16,417 nt of DNA, from positions 1-16,417 of the forward strand of contig JBHLON010000051.1 of assembly GCA_048940445.1 (NCBI GenBank), written 5' to 3'. The notes under the pieces were generated by a model that had not been told where the DNA came from, searched no databases, and worked only from the letters and a program-made list of their open reading frames with translations. The stretch comes from Promethearchaeota archaeon. Its GTDB lineage: Archaea; Asgardarchaeota; Lokiarchaeia; Sigyniarchaeales; SOKP01. Below are positions 8,019-15,874 of this stretch, in pieces (the first letter of the stretch is position 1; every line of letters begins with the position of its first letter). The position numbers and the translations under genes are program-made.

Positions 8019-8918
8019 ATGGCGAAAAAAGTTATATTCTCTGCAAGAGAAGATCATGAAGTAATAAAGCGAGTAATAAGTAAATTAAGTAAATTAAAAG
8101 AGATTCAACTTATTACTCATGATCCTAAAAAGGATTATTTCAACCTCTCAAATATGCCGACTGCATTTAGAGAAGCTGATTTAATAATTGTTAAAGTCAG
8201 AAATGAATGTTCTATTGATCTTCTTCACTTTGCTAAGATAAATAAAATTCCGACACTTCATGATATAGATACCGTTCTAATGTGTAAAAATAAAGTATCC
8301 CTTGATTTTGCCTTGCGAGATGCCCTCCTTAAAAATCCTATTCTTAAGAGGTATTTTTCTTTACCGCATTCTTGGAACCATAATGTATCTAATATATTAA
8401 AATTTAAAGAATGGGCGGCTCCAAGGTTACCCATTGTAATTAAAAGTCATTATCAGCATGACAAATTTAATCGATTTAACTTTTTGGTAAGAGAATTGAA
8501 AGAAATAGATAAATTTTGTGAAAAGTATAAAGATTTCTTGTATTATGATGTATATGTCCAAGAATTTATAGAGAGTGACGGTATTGAAAGGAAAATTTAT
8601 GTTGTGGGTGATAATATTTATGGTATCCAAAGAGAAAATCCCATATATATTTACTTGCGGGAGGATCCCAAAAACATTAATGTTGAAGAAATAGCTAGAC
8701 AAGAATATAAAATAACAGAAAGTGTTAGAAGATTAGCGAAAGTTTTAGCAAAGGAGCTAGGCCTAAGAATTTTTGGTTTTGATCTTGTAAAACCTCTAAA
8801 TAAGCGAAAATATTATTTAATAGATTTAAATGATTTTCCAGGATTTATGGGTATACCACATATAGATGATATAATTGTAGAGTATCTTAAAAATTATATT
8901 TCCAATTTAAATAACTGA
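8019..8918 (+). CDS. ATP-grasp protein, ITPK1-like inositol phosphate kinase (inositol-trisphosphate 5/6-kinase family) candidate
   Basis: 299 aa and the best ITPK1 match: CKNK, LPIVIKS, YVQEFIESDGIERKIYVVGDNIYGIQR, LGLRIFGFDLVK...YYLIDLNDFPGFMGIP. Confidence 0.85.
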   Translation: MAKKVIFSAREDHEVIKRVISKLSKLKEIQLITHDPKKDYFNLSNMPTAFREADLIIVKVRNECSIDLLHFAKINKIPTLHDIDTVLMCKNKVSLDFALRDALLKNPILKRYFSLPHSWNHNVSNILKFKEWAAPRLPIVIKSHYQHDKFNRFNFLVRELKEIDKFCEKYKDFLYYDVYVQEFIESDGIERKIYVVGDNIYGIQRENPIYIYLREDPKNINVEEIARQEYKITESVRRLAKVLAKELGLRIFGFDLVKPLNKRKYYLIDLNDFPGFMGIPHIDDIIVEYLKNYISNLNN

Positions 8919-8974
8919 AAACTTAAAATAGTTGGATTGATCTTTTTTCACAAAATTTCTCATCTACTGCTAAA

Positions 8975-8982
8975 TTTATAAA
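8975..8982 (+). promoter_or_regulatory. Candidate TATA box (TTTATAAA) for 9031..13578; GGAG RBS at 9020..9023
   Basis: Consensus archaeal TATA box about 50 bp upstream of the ATG, and GGAG 7 nt before the start. Confidence 0.5.
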
Positions 8983-9030
8983 TATTAAGGATGAATAAAG
9001 TTTTATTAATCACCTAATTGGAGAAATCTA

Positions 9031-12000
9031 ATGAAAAGAAAATTTTACACAACAGTTCTTATTTTAATATTGTTAATATCTAGCTTCTCGATAAATATAA
9101 GGGACTTTTATTCATCAGAACCTAAAAATTCGCTAAAGTCAGACGAGTTTAAACCAAGAAATACAAAAAATTTATCTGATCATCCTATTAATATACCTTT
9201 CATCTACGGAGTAAGTCGTGGTCCAATTGAACTTGATCCACATAATAGTTGGGATTCTAATTCTTTTGATGTAATTCAACAAGTTTGTGAAGGCTTATAC
9301 GGCTATAATTATTCAGATCCTGAAATGGAAATCATCCCTTATTTAGCAACTGCAGAGGGTGTCTGGTCACCTGATGATCTAAATTATACCATACCATTAA
9401 GAACAGGGGTTACATTCCATGATGGGGCACAATTCAATGCAACAGCAGTTAAATTCTCGTTTGATAGATTAGCATATTTGATGGACTATTCTATGTCTGT
9501 CGTATATAGTTTATATGAAGTGTATGATCCTAATGTCGCCTCTTATAAACGAATTATTAACAGAACTGAAATAGTTGATACTTATACAATTAAATTCATA
9601 TTGAATATGCCTTATGGAGCAATTGATGCTTTATTATGTTTTCCAGCTTCTTATATACTATCACCAAAATCAACCTCTGCAACCACTCTCATAGATACAG
9701 AAACGGGAGATTTAGTAGGAACAGGGCCTTTTGTCTACGATAATTATTCAGTTAATGTGGAGGTTAATTTTCATGCGTATAATAATTATTGGCGGGGAAA
9801 AGCTGTTATTGATCAAATGAAATTTAAAGTTATTGATGACACTAAGGAAAGAGAGTTGGCATTAATTAATGGAGATGTCCATTTCATTTCTAGCCTTGAT
9901 TCTGATTATTATAATGCTTTTAATGCTTTACCATATATTAAGTTCTTGGATACTGGAAAAACAAGCGGTTGGACTTCTTGTCTTGGGATGAACAATAAAC
10001 AGATTAATGTTTTATGGAGAGAAGCTATTTCTTATGCGATTGATTATGATTATATTATCAACGATATTAGAGAAGGGTATGTTGAAAGATTAAAATCACC
10101 TGTCCCAGATGGTATAAGATATGCAAATTCGTCATTTAATTATCCCGTTTTGGATTTACCACATGCTAGGATAATTGTTCAATCGATGGGATATGGTATT
10201 GGATTTGATATATATGATGATGCTGAATGGGAAACTGCCGCAATTAATACTCCTTTTGCAACTTTTAACTATACTTACAATTTAGGTAATAAGATTCGAC
10301 AAGACATATTGTATCTACTTCAGGATAATCTAGGAAAGATTGGAATTAAAGTGACTGATGCTGGTATGACATGGACTGAATATCTCTATAGGTTATATGA
10401 AGTTGGTGATTATAGTAGAAATCAACTTCAACTTTATTGGTTTGGCTGGGTACCAGATTATAATGATCCAAGCAATTTTCTTAATTCCCTATTTACTAAT
10501 CGTACTGTTGCATCTAATGCTGCTCAGGTTAATGATCCCATTGTACAACAATGGATGGAGGACGCTCTTGAAGAAACGGATCAAACCCAAAGAGAAGCAC
10601 TCTATGATAATATTCAAAAACGTCTTGTGGAAGAAGTTTATCCTTGGGTTTGGGCCACAGTCGAGAAATTATATTACGCTTATCATATCAATCTAACGGG
10701 ATTTCAACCAAATGTATTAAGAATAAATTATTTCTATCCGTGTCAATGGAATCCATGGTATATCTCTCCTAGGGTTGATGCAACATTTATAGTTGGTGTG
10801 TTAAGTGGTCCTCATGATATTGACCCACATAATGCTTGGGATAGTATGTCATATCAGGTGATCGATCAAGTCTGTGAGGGATTATATGGATATAATTATT
10901 CAGATCCTGAAATGAAAATCATCCCCTATTTAGCAACTGCAGAGGGTGCTTGGTCACCTGATGGTCTAAATTATACTGTTCAATTAAGATCGGGAGTTAC
11001 ATTCCACGATGGAGCACCGTTTAATGCAACGGCAGTCAAATTCTCTTTTGACAGATTAGGCTATTTAATGGAAAATGATATTGCTATTATAGAAGAACTC
11101 TATTGCTTTAGAGATGGGACCCCAATTATCAATCGAACTGAAGTTATTGATACCTATACTATTAAATTCATATTGAATATGCCTTACGGAGCATTTGATG
11201 CATTATTATGTTTCAGTGGCTCTTATATACTATCGCCAAAATCAACTCCTGGAACAACTCTTATAGATACTGAAACGGGGGATTTGATTGGAACAGGGCC
11301 ATTCGTATATGATGATTATATACCAGATGTGGAAATAAACCTTCATGCTTATGACAATTACTGGAGAGCAAAAGCAGATATTGAAGTAATGAAGTTCAAG
11401 ATTTATGATGATCCTAGTGAGAGAATGGCAGCATTGGTAACTGGAGAGATTGATTTCGTTGATAAATTGCTGCCAGAATGGGTAGATCTCTTAAAAAGGC
11501 TCGCCAATATTACAGTTTTGGATGAAGGTAAAACAAGCACTATGATTAATTATCTTGGGATGAATAACAAACAGATTAATGTGTTATGGAGAGAAGCTAT
11601 TTCTTACGCGATTGATTATGATTATATTATCAACGACATTAGAGAAGGGTATGTTGAAAGATTAAAATCACCTGTCCCAGATGGTATAAGATACGCTAAT
11701 TCAACGTTTAATTATCCTATCTTAGATTTACCACATGCTAGATTAATTGTTCAATCAATGGGATATGGTATTGGATTTGATATATATGATGATGCTGAAT
11801 GGGAAACTGCCGCAATTAATACACCTTTTGCAACTTTTAACTACACCTATAATGTAGGGAGCGAGATTCGAGAAAATATTTTGTATCTACTTCAGGATAA
11901 TCTAGGAAAGATTGGAATTAAAGTGACTGATGCTGGTATGACATGGACTGAATTTATCTATAGATTATTTGATATTGGCGGTTATGGCAGAAACTATCTT

Positions 12001-13578
12001 CAGCTATATTGGTTATCTTGGGTTATGGATTTTAACGATCCAAGCAATATTCTTGATTCGATGTTTTTAGATACATCCACATCTAATTTTGCTCAAGTAA
12101 ATGATGCACAAGTTTCTCAATGGCTGCAAGATGCAATTATTGAGACTGATCCTATTCAGAGGGAAATATTATATGGTAATATTCAAGAACGCCTTGTGGA
12201 AGTGATTTTTCCTTGGGCATGGGGTACGGCTGAAAAACTATACACAGCTTTCCACGAAGATTTAACAGGATTTCAACAAAATACATTAGAACGACTTTAT
12301 TTTTATTCATGCAAGTGGGATAGAAAGCTTCCTGGTACATTCATTTTGAGTTCTGATGCTGGAACTCCAGATGATGACGGGATTTTTAATCTAACATGGT
12401 CAGCATCCGATGGAGCAATTAATTATACTGTATATCAGCATTCTGAATACATAACTGTTGTTAATGAAAATTTAAGTCTATTAGTTGATGGAATTACAGA
12501 TCTAAACCTTTCTTTAAGTGGTTATTCTGATGGAACATATTATTTTATTGTAGTTGCAAATAATGTGTATGGTGAAACACTTTCTAATTGCTATCAAGTT
12601 GATATACTTACTTCCAAATCTCTTTCCATTAATATTCCTGATAATCTTAGTTCATGGGAAACTGGGACACCTCACAACATAAATTGGACATCAACAGGCA
12701 TCATTTCAAACGTAAAAATAGAGTTATATATCGATGATATGTTTGTCATGGAAATTTCCTCCGAAACAAATAATGATGGGGAATATTTGTGGGCGCTCCC
12801 CTTATCTCTTATGAGTTCTACTCTCTATCAAATTAAAATTAGTGATGTATCTGATCCTTCAATATATGATTTTAGCGATTATTTTGAGATTTTTTCGCCC
12901 TCTATTACTATTATTATTCCTGATGATTCAAGTTCTTGGGAAACTGGTACCTCCCACTACATAAACTGGACTTATACAGGTACAATTTCGAATGTGAAGA
13001 TAGAATTATATGAAGATAGCTTATTTGTATTGGAAATTACTTCAGATACCTCTAATGACGGAAAATACTACTGGACAATTCCTACCTTACTTGGAGGCTC
13101 TACTCAATATCAAATTAAAATTAGTGAAGTATCTGATCCCTCTGTTTACGATTATAGCGAATATTTTGAAATATATACTTATGCTATTGTTATTACTGTG
13201 CCTGACAGTTCTAACTCTTGGCAAGCAGGTACATGGCACTATATTTATTGGACTTCACCATTATTGATTTCTAATGTTAGAATCGAACTGTTCAAGGATG
13301 ATACATTTACCATGGAAATCACTTCTGGCACAGTTAATGATGGAGAGTATTACTGGTTGATTCCTACCACACTTGAAGCTTCGTCTCATTATCAAATAAA
13401 AATTACTGATGAATCTAATCCTTCTACCTATGATTTTAGTGAATATTTTGAGATAAGGCAGCCCCCATCAGGAGAATTTCCTTTAGCCTTAATTATAACA
13501 GTTTCAGCTGTTGGTGTTGCTTCAGTTATAGCTTTAGTTACCATATATCTGCTATACAGAAGAAAGCGGAAAATATAA
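9031..13578 (+). CDS. Large cell-surface ABC-type substrate-binding protein: signal peptide, two family-5 (OppA/DppA-like) domains, Ig/FN3-like domain, three Ser/Thr-rich Ig-like repeats, C-terminal TM anchor
   Basis: 1515 aa. Signal MKRKFYTTVLILILLISSF. Two copies each of DPH..WD, PYLA, LR.GVTFHDG..FNATAVKFSFDR, GTGPF, REAISYAIDY and W..D.NDP. C-terminal LALIITVSAVGVASVIALVTIYLLY followed by RRKRKI. Confidence 0.92.
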   Translation: MKRKFYTTVLILILLISSFSINIRDFYSSEPKNSLKSDEFKPRNTKNLSDHPINIPFIYGVSRGPIELDPHNSWDSNSFDVIQQVCEGLYGYNYSDPEMEIIPYLATAEGVWSPDDLNYTIPLRTGVTFHDGAQFNATAVKFSFDRLAYLMDYSMSVVYSLYEVYDPNVASYKRIINRTEIVDTYTIKFILNMPYGAIDALLCFPASYILSPKSTSATTLIDTETGDLVGTGPFVYDNYSVNVEVNFHAYNNYWRGKAVIDQMKFKVIDDTKERELALINGDVHFISSLDSDYYNAFNALPYIKFLDTGKTSGWTSCLGMNNKQINVLWREAISYAIDYDYIINDIREGYVERLKSPVPDGIRYANSSFNYPVLDLPHARIIVQSMGYGIGFDIYDDAEWETAAINTPFATFNYTYNLGNKIRQDILYLLQDNLGKIGIKVTDAGMTWTEYLYRLYEVGDYSRNQLQLYWFGWVPDYNDPSNFLNSLFTNRTVASNAAQVNDPIVQQWMEDALEETDQTQREALYDNIQKRLVEEVYPWVWATVEKLYYAYHINLTGFQPNVLRINYFYPCQWNPWYISPRVDATFIVGVLSGPHDIDPHNAWDSMSYQVIDQVCEGLYGYNYSDPEMKIIPYLATAEGAWSPDGLNYTVQLRSGVTFHDGAPFNATAVKFSFDRLGYLMENDIAIIEELYCFRDGTPIINRTEVIDTYTIKFILNMPYGAFDALLCFSGSYILSPKSTPGTTLIDTETGDLIGTGPFVYDDYIPDVEINLHAYDNYWRAKADIEVMKFKIYDDPSERMAALVTGEIDFVDKLLPEWVDLLKRLANITVLDEGKTSTMINYLGMNNKQINVLWREAISYAIDYDYIINDIREGYVERLKSPVPDGIRYANSTFNYPILDLPHARLIVQSMGYGIGFDIYDDAEWETAAINTPFATFNYTYNVGSEIRENILYLLQDNLGKIGIKVTDAGMTWTEFIYRLFDIGGYGRNYLQLYWLSWVMDFNDPSNILDSMFLDTSTSNFAQVNDAQVSQWLQDAIIETDPIQREILYGNIQERLVEVIFPWAWGTAEKLYTAFHEDLTGFQQNTLERLYFYSCKWDRKLPGTFILSSDAGTPDDDGIFNLTWSASDGAINYTVYQHSEYITVVNENLSLLVDGITDLNLSLSGYSDGTYYFIVVANNVYGETLSNCYQVDILTSKSLSINIPDNLSSWETGTPHNINWTSTGIISNVKIELYIDDMFVMEISSETNNDGEYLWALPLSLMSSTLYQIKISDVSDPSIYDFSDYFEIFSPSITIIIPDDSSSWETGTSHYINWTYTGTISNVKIELYEDSLFVLEITSDTSNDGKYYWTIPTLLGGSTQYQIKISEVSDPSVYDYSEYFEIYTYAIVITVPDSSNSWQAGTWHYIYWTSPLLISNVRIELFKDDTFTMEITSGTVNDGEYYWLIPTTLEASSHYQIKITDESNPSTYDFSEYFEIRQPPSGEFPLALIITVSAVGVASVIALVTIYLLYRRKRKI
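9190..12320 (+). repeat. Intragenic tandem duplication of the solute-binding domain (units about 9190..10750 and 10780..12320)
   Basis: The DNA offset is 1587 bp early (9304 vs 10891) and 1572 bp after a 15-bp indel. Includes a 73-bp exact match, 10309..10381 = 11881..11953. Confidence 0.92.
12619..13464 (+). repeat. Three tandem 282-bp (94-aa) Ig-like repeats, similar to the Ser-Thr-rich GPI-anchored/Kre9-KNH N-terminal family
   Basis: Units start at 12619, 12901 and 13183. Consensus I..PD...SW..GT.H.I.WT....ISNV.IEL......EI.S.T.NDG.Y.W..P..L..S..YQIKI...S.PS.YD.S.YFEI. Confidence 0.88.
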
Positions 13579-13591
13579 TTTAATTTAAAAT

Positions 13592-13605
13592 CCTTTTTTT
13601 TCTTT
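13592..13605 (+). terminator. Oligo-T archaeal-type terminator candidate after the SBP gene
   Basis: CCTTTTTTTTCTTT shortly after the stop at 13578. An A-run at 13642..13649 could terminate the convergent uppP. Confidence 0.45.
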
Positions 13606-13686
13606 AAAATATTAATAAACATAAAAATTAATCTTTGAATTAAAAAAAATTAGTTTAGACAACCTTAAGGGTAAGAATTCTTATCT

Positions 13687-14541
13687 TTAACCTATTGGAC
13701 TGTAAAATAAAACTGGAAATAGGATTAACCATGCAATAATTCCATAGAAAATACAAAAATATCCAAATTGAAACTTTTTTGAAATTTTAAGAAGTATATT
13801 TATCGTTAAGTAGCCAACGACAAAGCTAATTAATGTTATTAAAATTATAGTAATAGGATCCAAAATTCCAAATACAGATCCCTCCCCAAAAATAACATCC
13901 ATTCCAATGGAAGCTATTATTACTGGAACAGACATTAAAAAGCTAAGTTTCAATGCATTATCTGTTCTGTATTTTTCAGCTAATATTGTTGATACTGTAA
14001 ATCCTGAACGTGAAACACCAGGTAAAATACTTATGCCTTGAATTAAGCCAGATATGAATGAATCTTTTCTTAAATCTTCATTAGAAACGTTTTTAAGATT
14101 TTTATTTCCATAGTTCCTTTTAAATTTGATTAGAATAATCCCAGTTATTATGAGTAACCCTGCTATAATTAATGTAAGAAAATCCCCACTCTTTGCAGAA
14201 AATCCCTCGATTAATACAAATTTGAAGATAAAATAAAGTGGGACTGCAGTAATTGCTGTTGCTAGGGTCGCTATTATTACCCAATTCCTTTTTTTAATGT
14301 CAATTTCTTCTGAATTATATCTTTTTGGAGCTAAAGATTTAAGAATGTTAAAATAATCTTTTCTAAACTTTAAGAGCACGGCAAACATAGTTCCTAAATG
14401 AAGCCATATACTCAAGCTAAAAGCTTCAGTTGGGGTGATATTAAAAAAGTCAGTAGCAACAATTATTACTTGACCTGAAGATGAGATAGGAAGCCATTCA
14501 AATAAACCCTGCAAAATAGCAATAATAATATATTCAATCAT
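13687..14541 (-). CDS. uppP: Undecaprenyl/polyprenyl-diphosphate phosphatase (BacA family)
   Basis: 284-aa polytopic membrane protein with BacA motifs LQGLFEWLPISSSG, LHLGT, QGISILPGVSRSGFT and SFLMSVP. Confidence 0.93.
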   Translation of the reverse strand: MIEYIIIAILQGLFEWLPISSSGQVIIVATDFFNITPTEAFSLSIWLHLGTMFAVLLKFRKDYFNILKSLAPKRYNSEEIDIKKRNWVIIATLATAITAVPLYFIFKFVLIEGFSAKSGDFLTLIIAGLLIITGIILIKFKRNYGNKNLKNVSNEDLRKDSFISGLIQGISILPGVSRSGFTVSTILAEKYRTDNALKLSFLMSVPVIIASIGMDVIFGEGSVFGILDPITIILITLISFVVGYLTINILLKISKKFQFGYFCIFYGIIAWLILFPVLFYSPIG

Positions 14542-15016
14542 AATTTAATTCAAATCTTTCCATTCCTTTTAATAATGCATTTTTGATTTCTTCTCTTGAT
14601 TTTCTAAAACCTTCTAATCCTTTCATTGAAGGATCTTCAATATCTCCTTTTTCTCCTGCAAATTCTTTTAATGTAAAAATGGACTTATTATTATGCCCGA
14701 TGAATGTATTCAATTCTTCCTTATGTTTTTCTGTTAAAGTCAAAATTAAATCCGCTTTTTCTATTAAAGATGGGCATCTTTTTAAATCAATTGATAAAGA
14801 ATCTTTAGGCAAATTAATTCCCACTTCTTTCATTACCAAAATTGCATCCAATGAAATTAACATCCCATCTCTTGCATTTGAGGATATCCCACCAGAATAT
14901 ATATTCACATGTATATTATTTCTAATAAAAATATCTTTCAGAAATCCAACAGTCATTGGACTTCTCGCAGTATTTACACTACAAACTACCAAAATATCTT
15001 TATAGGGAAATTTCAT
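14534..15016 (-). CDS. Low-molecular-weight phosphatase family protein (LMW-PTP / protein-arginine phosphatase-like)
   Basis: 160 aa. N-terminal P-loop VVCSVNTARS (C-X5-R), then ADLILTL and DIEDP. Confidence 0.88.
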   Translation of the reverse strand: MKFPYKDILVVCSVNTARSPMTVGFLKDIFIRNNIHVNIYSGGISSNARDGMLISLDAILVMKEVGINLPKDSLSIDLKRCPSLIEKADLILTLTEKHKEELNTFIGHNNKSIFTLKEFAGEKGDIEDPSMKGLEGFRKSREEIKNALLKGMERFELNYD

Positions 15017-15114
15017 CTTCCTTCTTATAAGTTATTCACGGTTTTCAGAGAAATTAAATAATAGATTATGTAATGAATCATTTTTTTAATATTTTAAAAT
15101 TAATTTAAATAAAA

Positions 15115-15789
15115 TTAGAGGAAGCAATCTTTATTTACAAATTTAATTCCTTTTTCAGGCATTGATTTTAAAGAATTCGCAATATTTCCTGGAGGTAGAT
15201 CGATCCCCTTGGTTAAATCGGCTAAAAGCAATACTTCAAATCCGAAATCAATACCATCCATAGCTGTAAAATAACAACAATAATCTAATGCTAAACCACA
15301 AACAAAAATTCTCTTAATTTTTAATGATTTTAAATAACCCGCTAATCCTGTCTCAGATTTTTTATCATTTTCAATAAATCCAGAATAACTATCAATTTGA
15401 GGGTTGTAACCTTTACGAATTATTGCATGAGCTAAATCTGTTTTTAGATCGCTATGAAATTCTGCTCCTTTTGTCCCTTGCACACAATGGTCGGGCCATA
15501 AAACAGGCCCTATTGCTTCAGTTTGGTAAAGATCTCCTGGTTTTTTTCCCGAGTGGTTGCTTGCAAATGATAAATGTTCTTGAGGATGCCAATCTTGGGT
15601 TAAGACTACCTTGGCATTTTCTTTATTAAATTTCTGGGCTAGTGTATTGATATGATTAATTATTTGATCCCCCTCATTAACTGGTAATGCTCCACCAGGC
15701 ATAAAATCGTATTGCATATCCACAATAATCAAAGCATCATTCTGATGAATCTTAATATTGCTTCTACCTTTTATATCTTTAATATCCAT
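15115..15789 (-). CDS. pncA: Nicotinamidase/pyrazinamidase (isochorismatase family)
   Basis: 224 aa with VDMQYDFMPGGALPV, TQDWHP..H.SFA, LWPDHCVQGT.GAEFH, IRKG, DSYSGF and GLALDYC; the Asp-Lys-Cys triad and metal ligands are present. Confidence 0.95.
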   Translation of the reverse strand: MDIKDIKGRSNIKIHQNDALIIVDMQYDFMPGGALPVNEGDQIINHINTLAQKFNKENAKVVLTQDWHPQEHLSFASNHSGKKPGDLYQTEAIGPVLWPDHCVQGTKGAEFHSDLKTDLAHAIIRKGYNPQIDSYSGFIENDKKSETGLAGYLKSLKIKRIFVCGLALDYCCYFTAMDGIDFGFEVLLLADLTKGIDLPPGNIANSLKSMPEKGIKFVNKDCFL

Positions 15790-15874
15790 TGTTAACTGTA
15801 CTTTGTCTGTTTTATTGAAGTATTATAATAAAAGATTAGATTTATAATTATATTTTTGACTCTGGTTTAAAAGT

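Noticed and set aside
151-8918. Reading the ATP-grasp genes as RimK/LysX ligases or as a RiPP (graspetide) cluster
   Set aside because: None has the ligase E-x-N motif, no precursor or carrier peptide gene is visible, and the MIPS context favours ITPK1-type kinases. It is disfavoured but not excluded without assays.
9190-13464. Repeats as a DGR template/variable pair, CRISPR array or mobile element
   Set aside because: The repeats are in-frame protein domains, the mismatches are not adenine-specific, and there is no reverse transcriptase, cas gene or transposase in the window.
14583-15005. 140-aa plus-strand ORF
   Set aside because: It is antisense to the well-supported LMW phosphatase and has no motifs.
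14534-15016. Arsenate reductase ArsC call
   Set aside because: The resolving Cys pair of thioredoxin-coupled ArsC is not evident and there are no ars genes nearby.
3677-15629. Other short nested ORFs (3677..3871, 8427..8702, 10397..10696, 12152..12340, 13010..13267, 13428..13622, 15423..15629)
   Set aside because: All lie within or opposite longer, motif-supported genes and show no independent coding evidence.
15115-15789. pncA as an NAD+ supplier for MIPS
   Set aside because: It is 11 kb away in a separate unit, and MIPS recycles its bound NAD+, so the link has no support.
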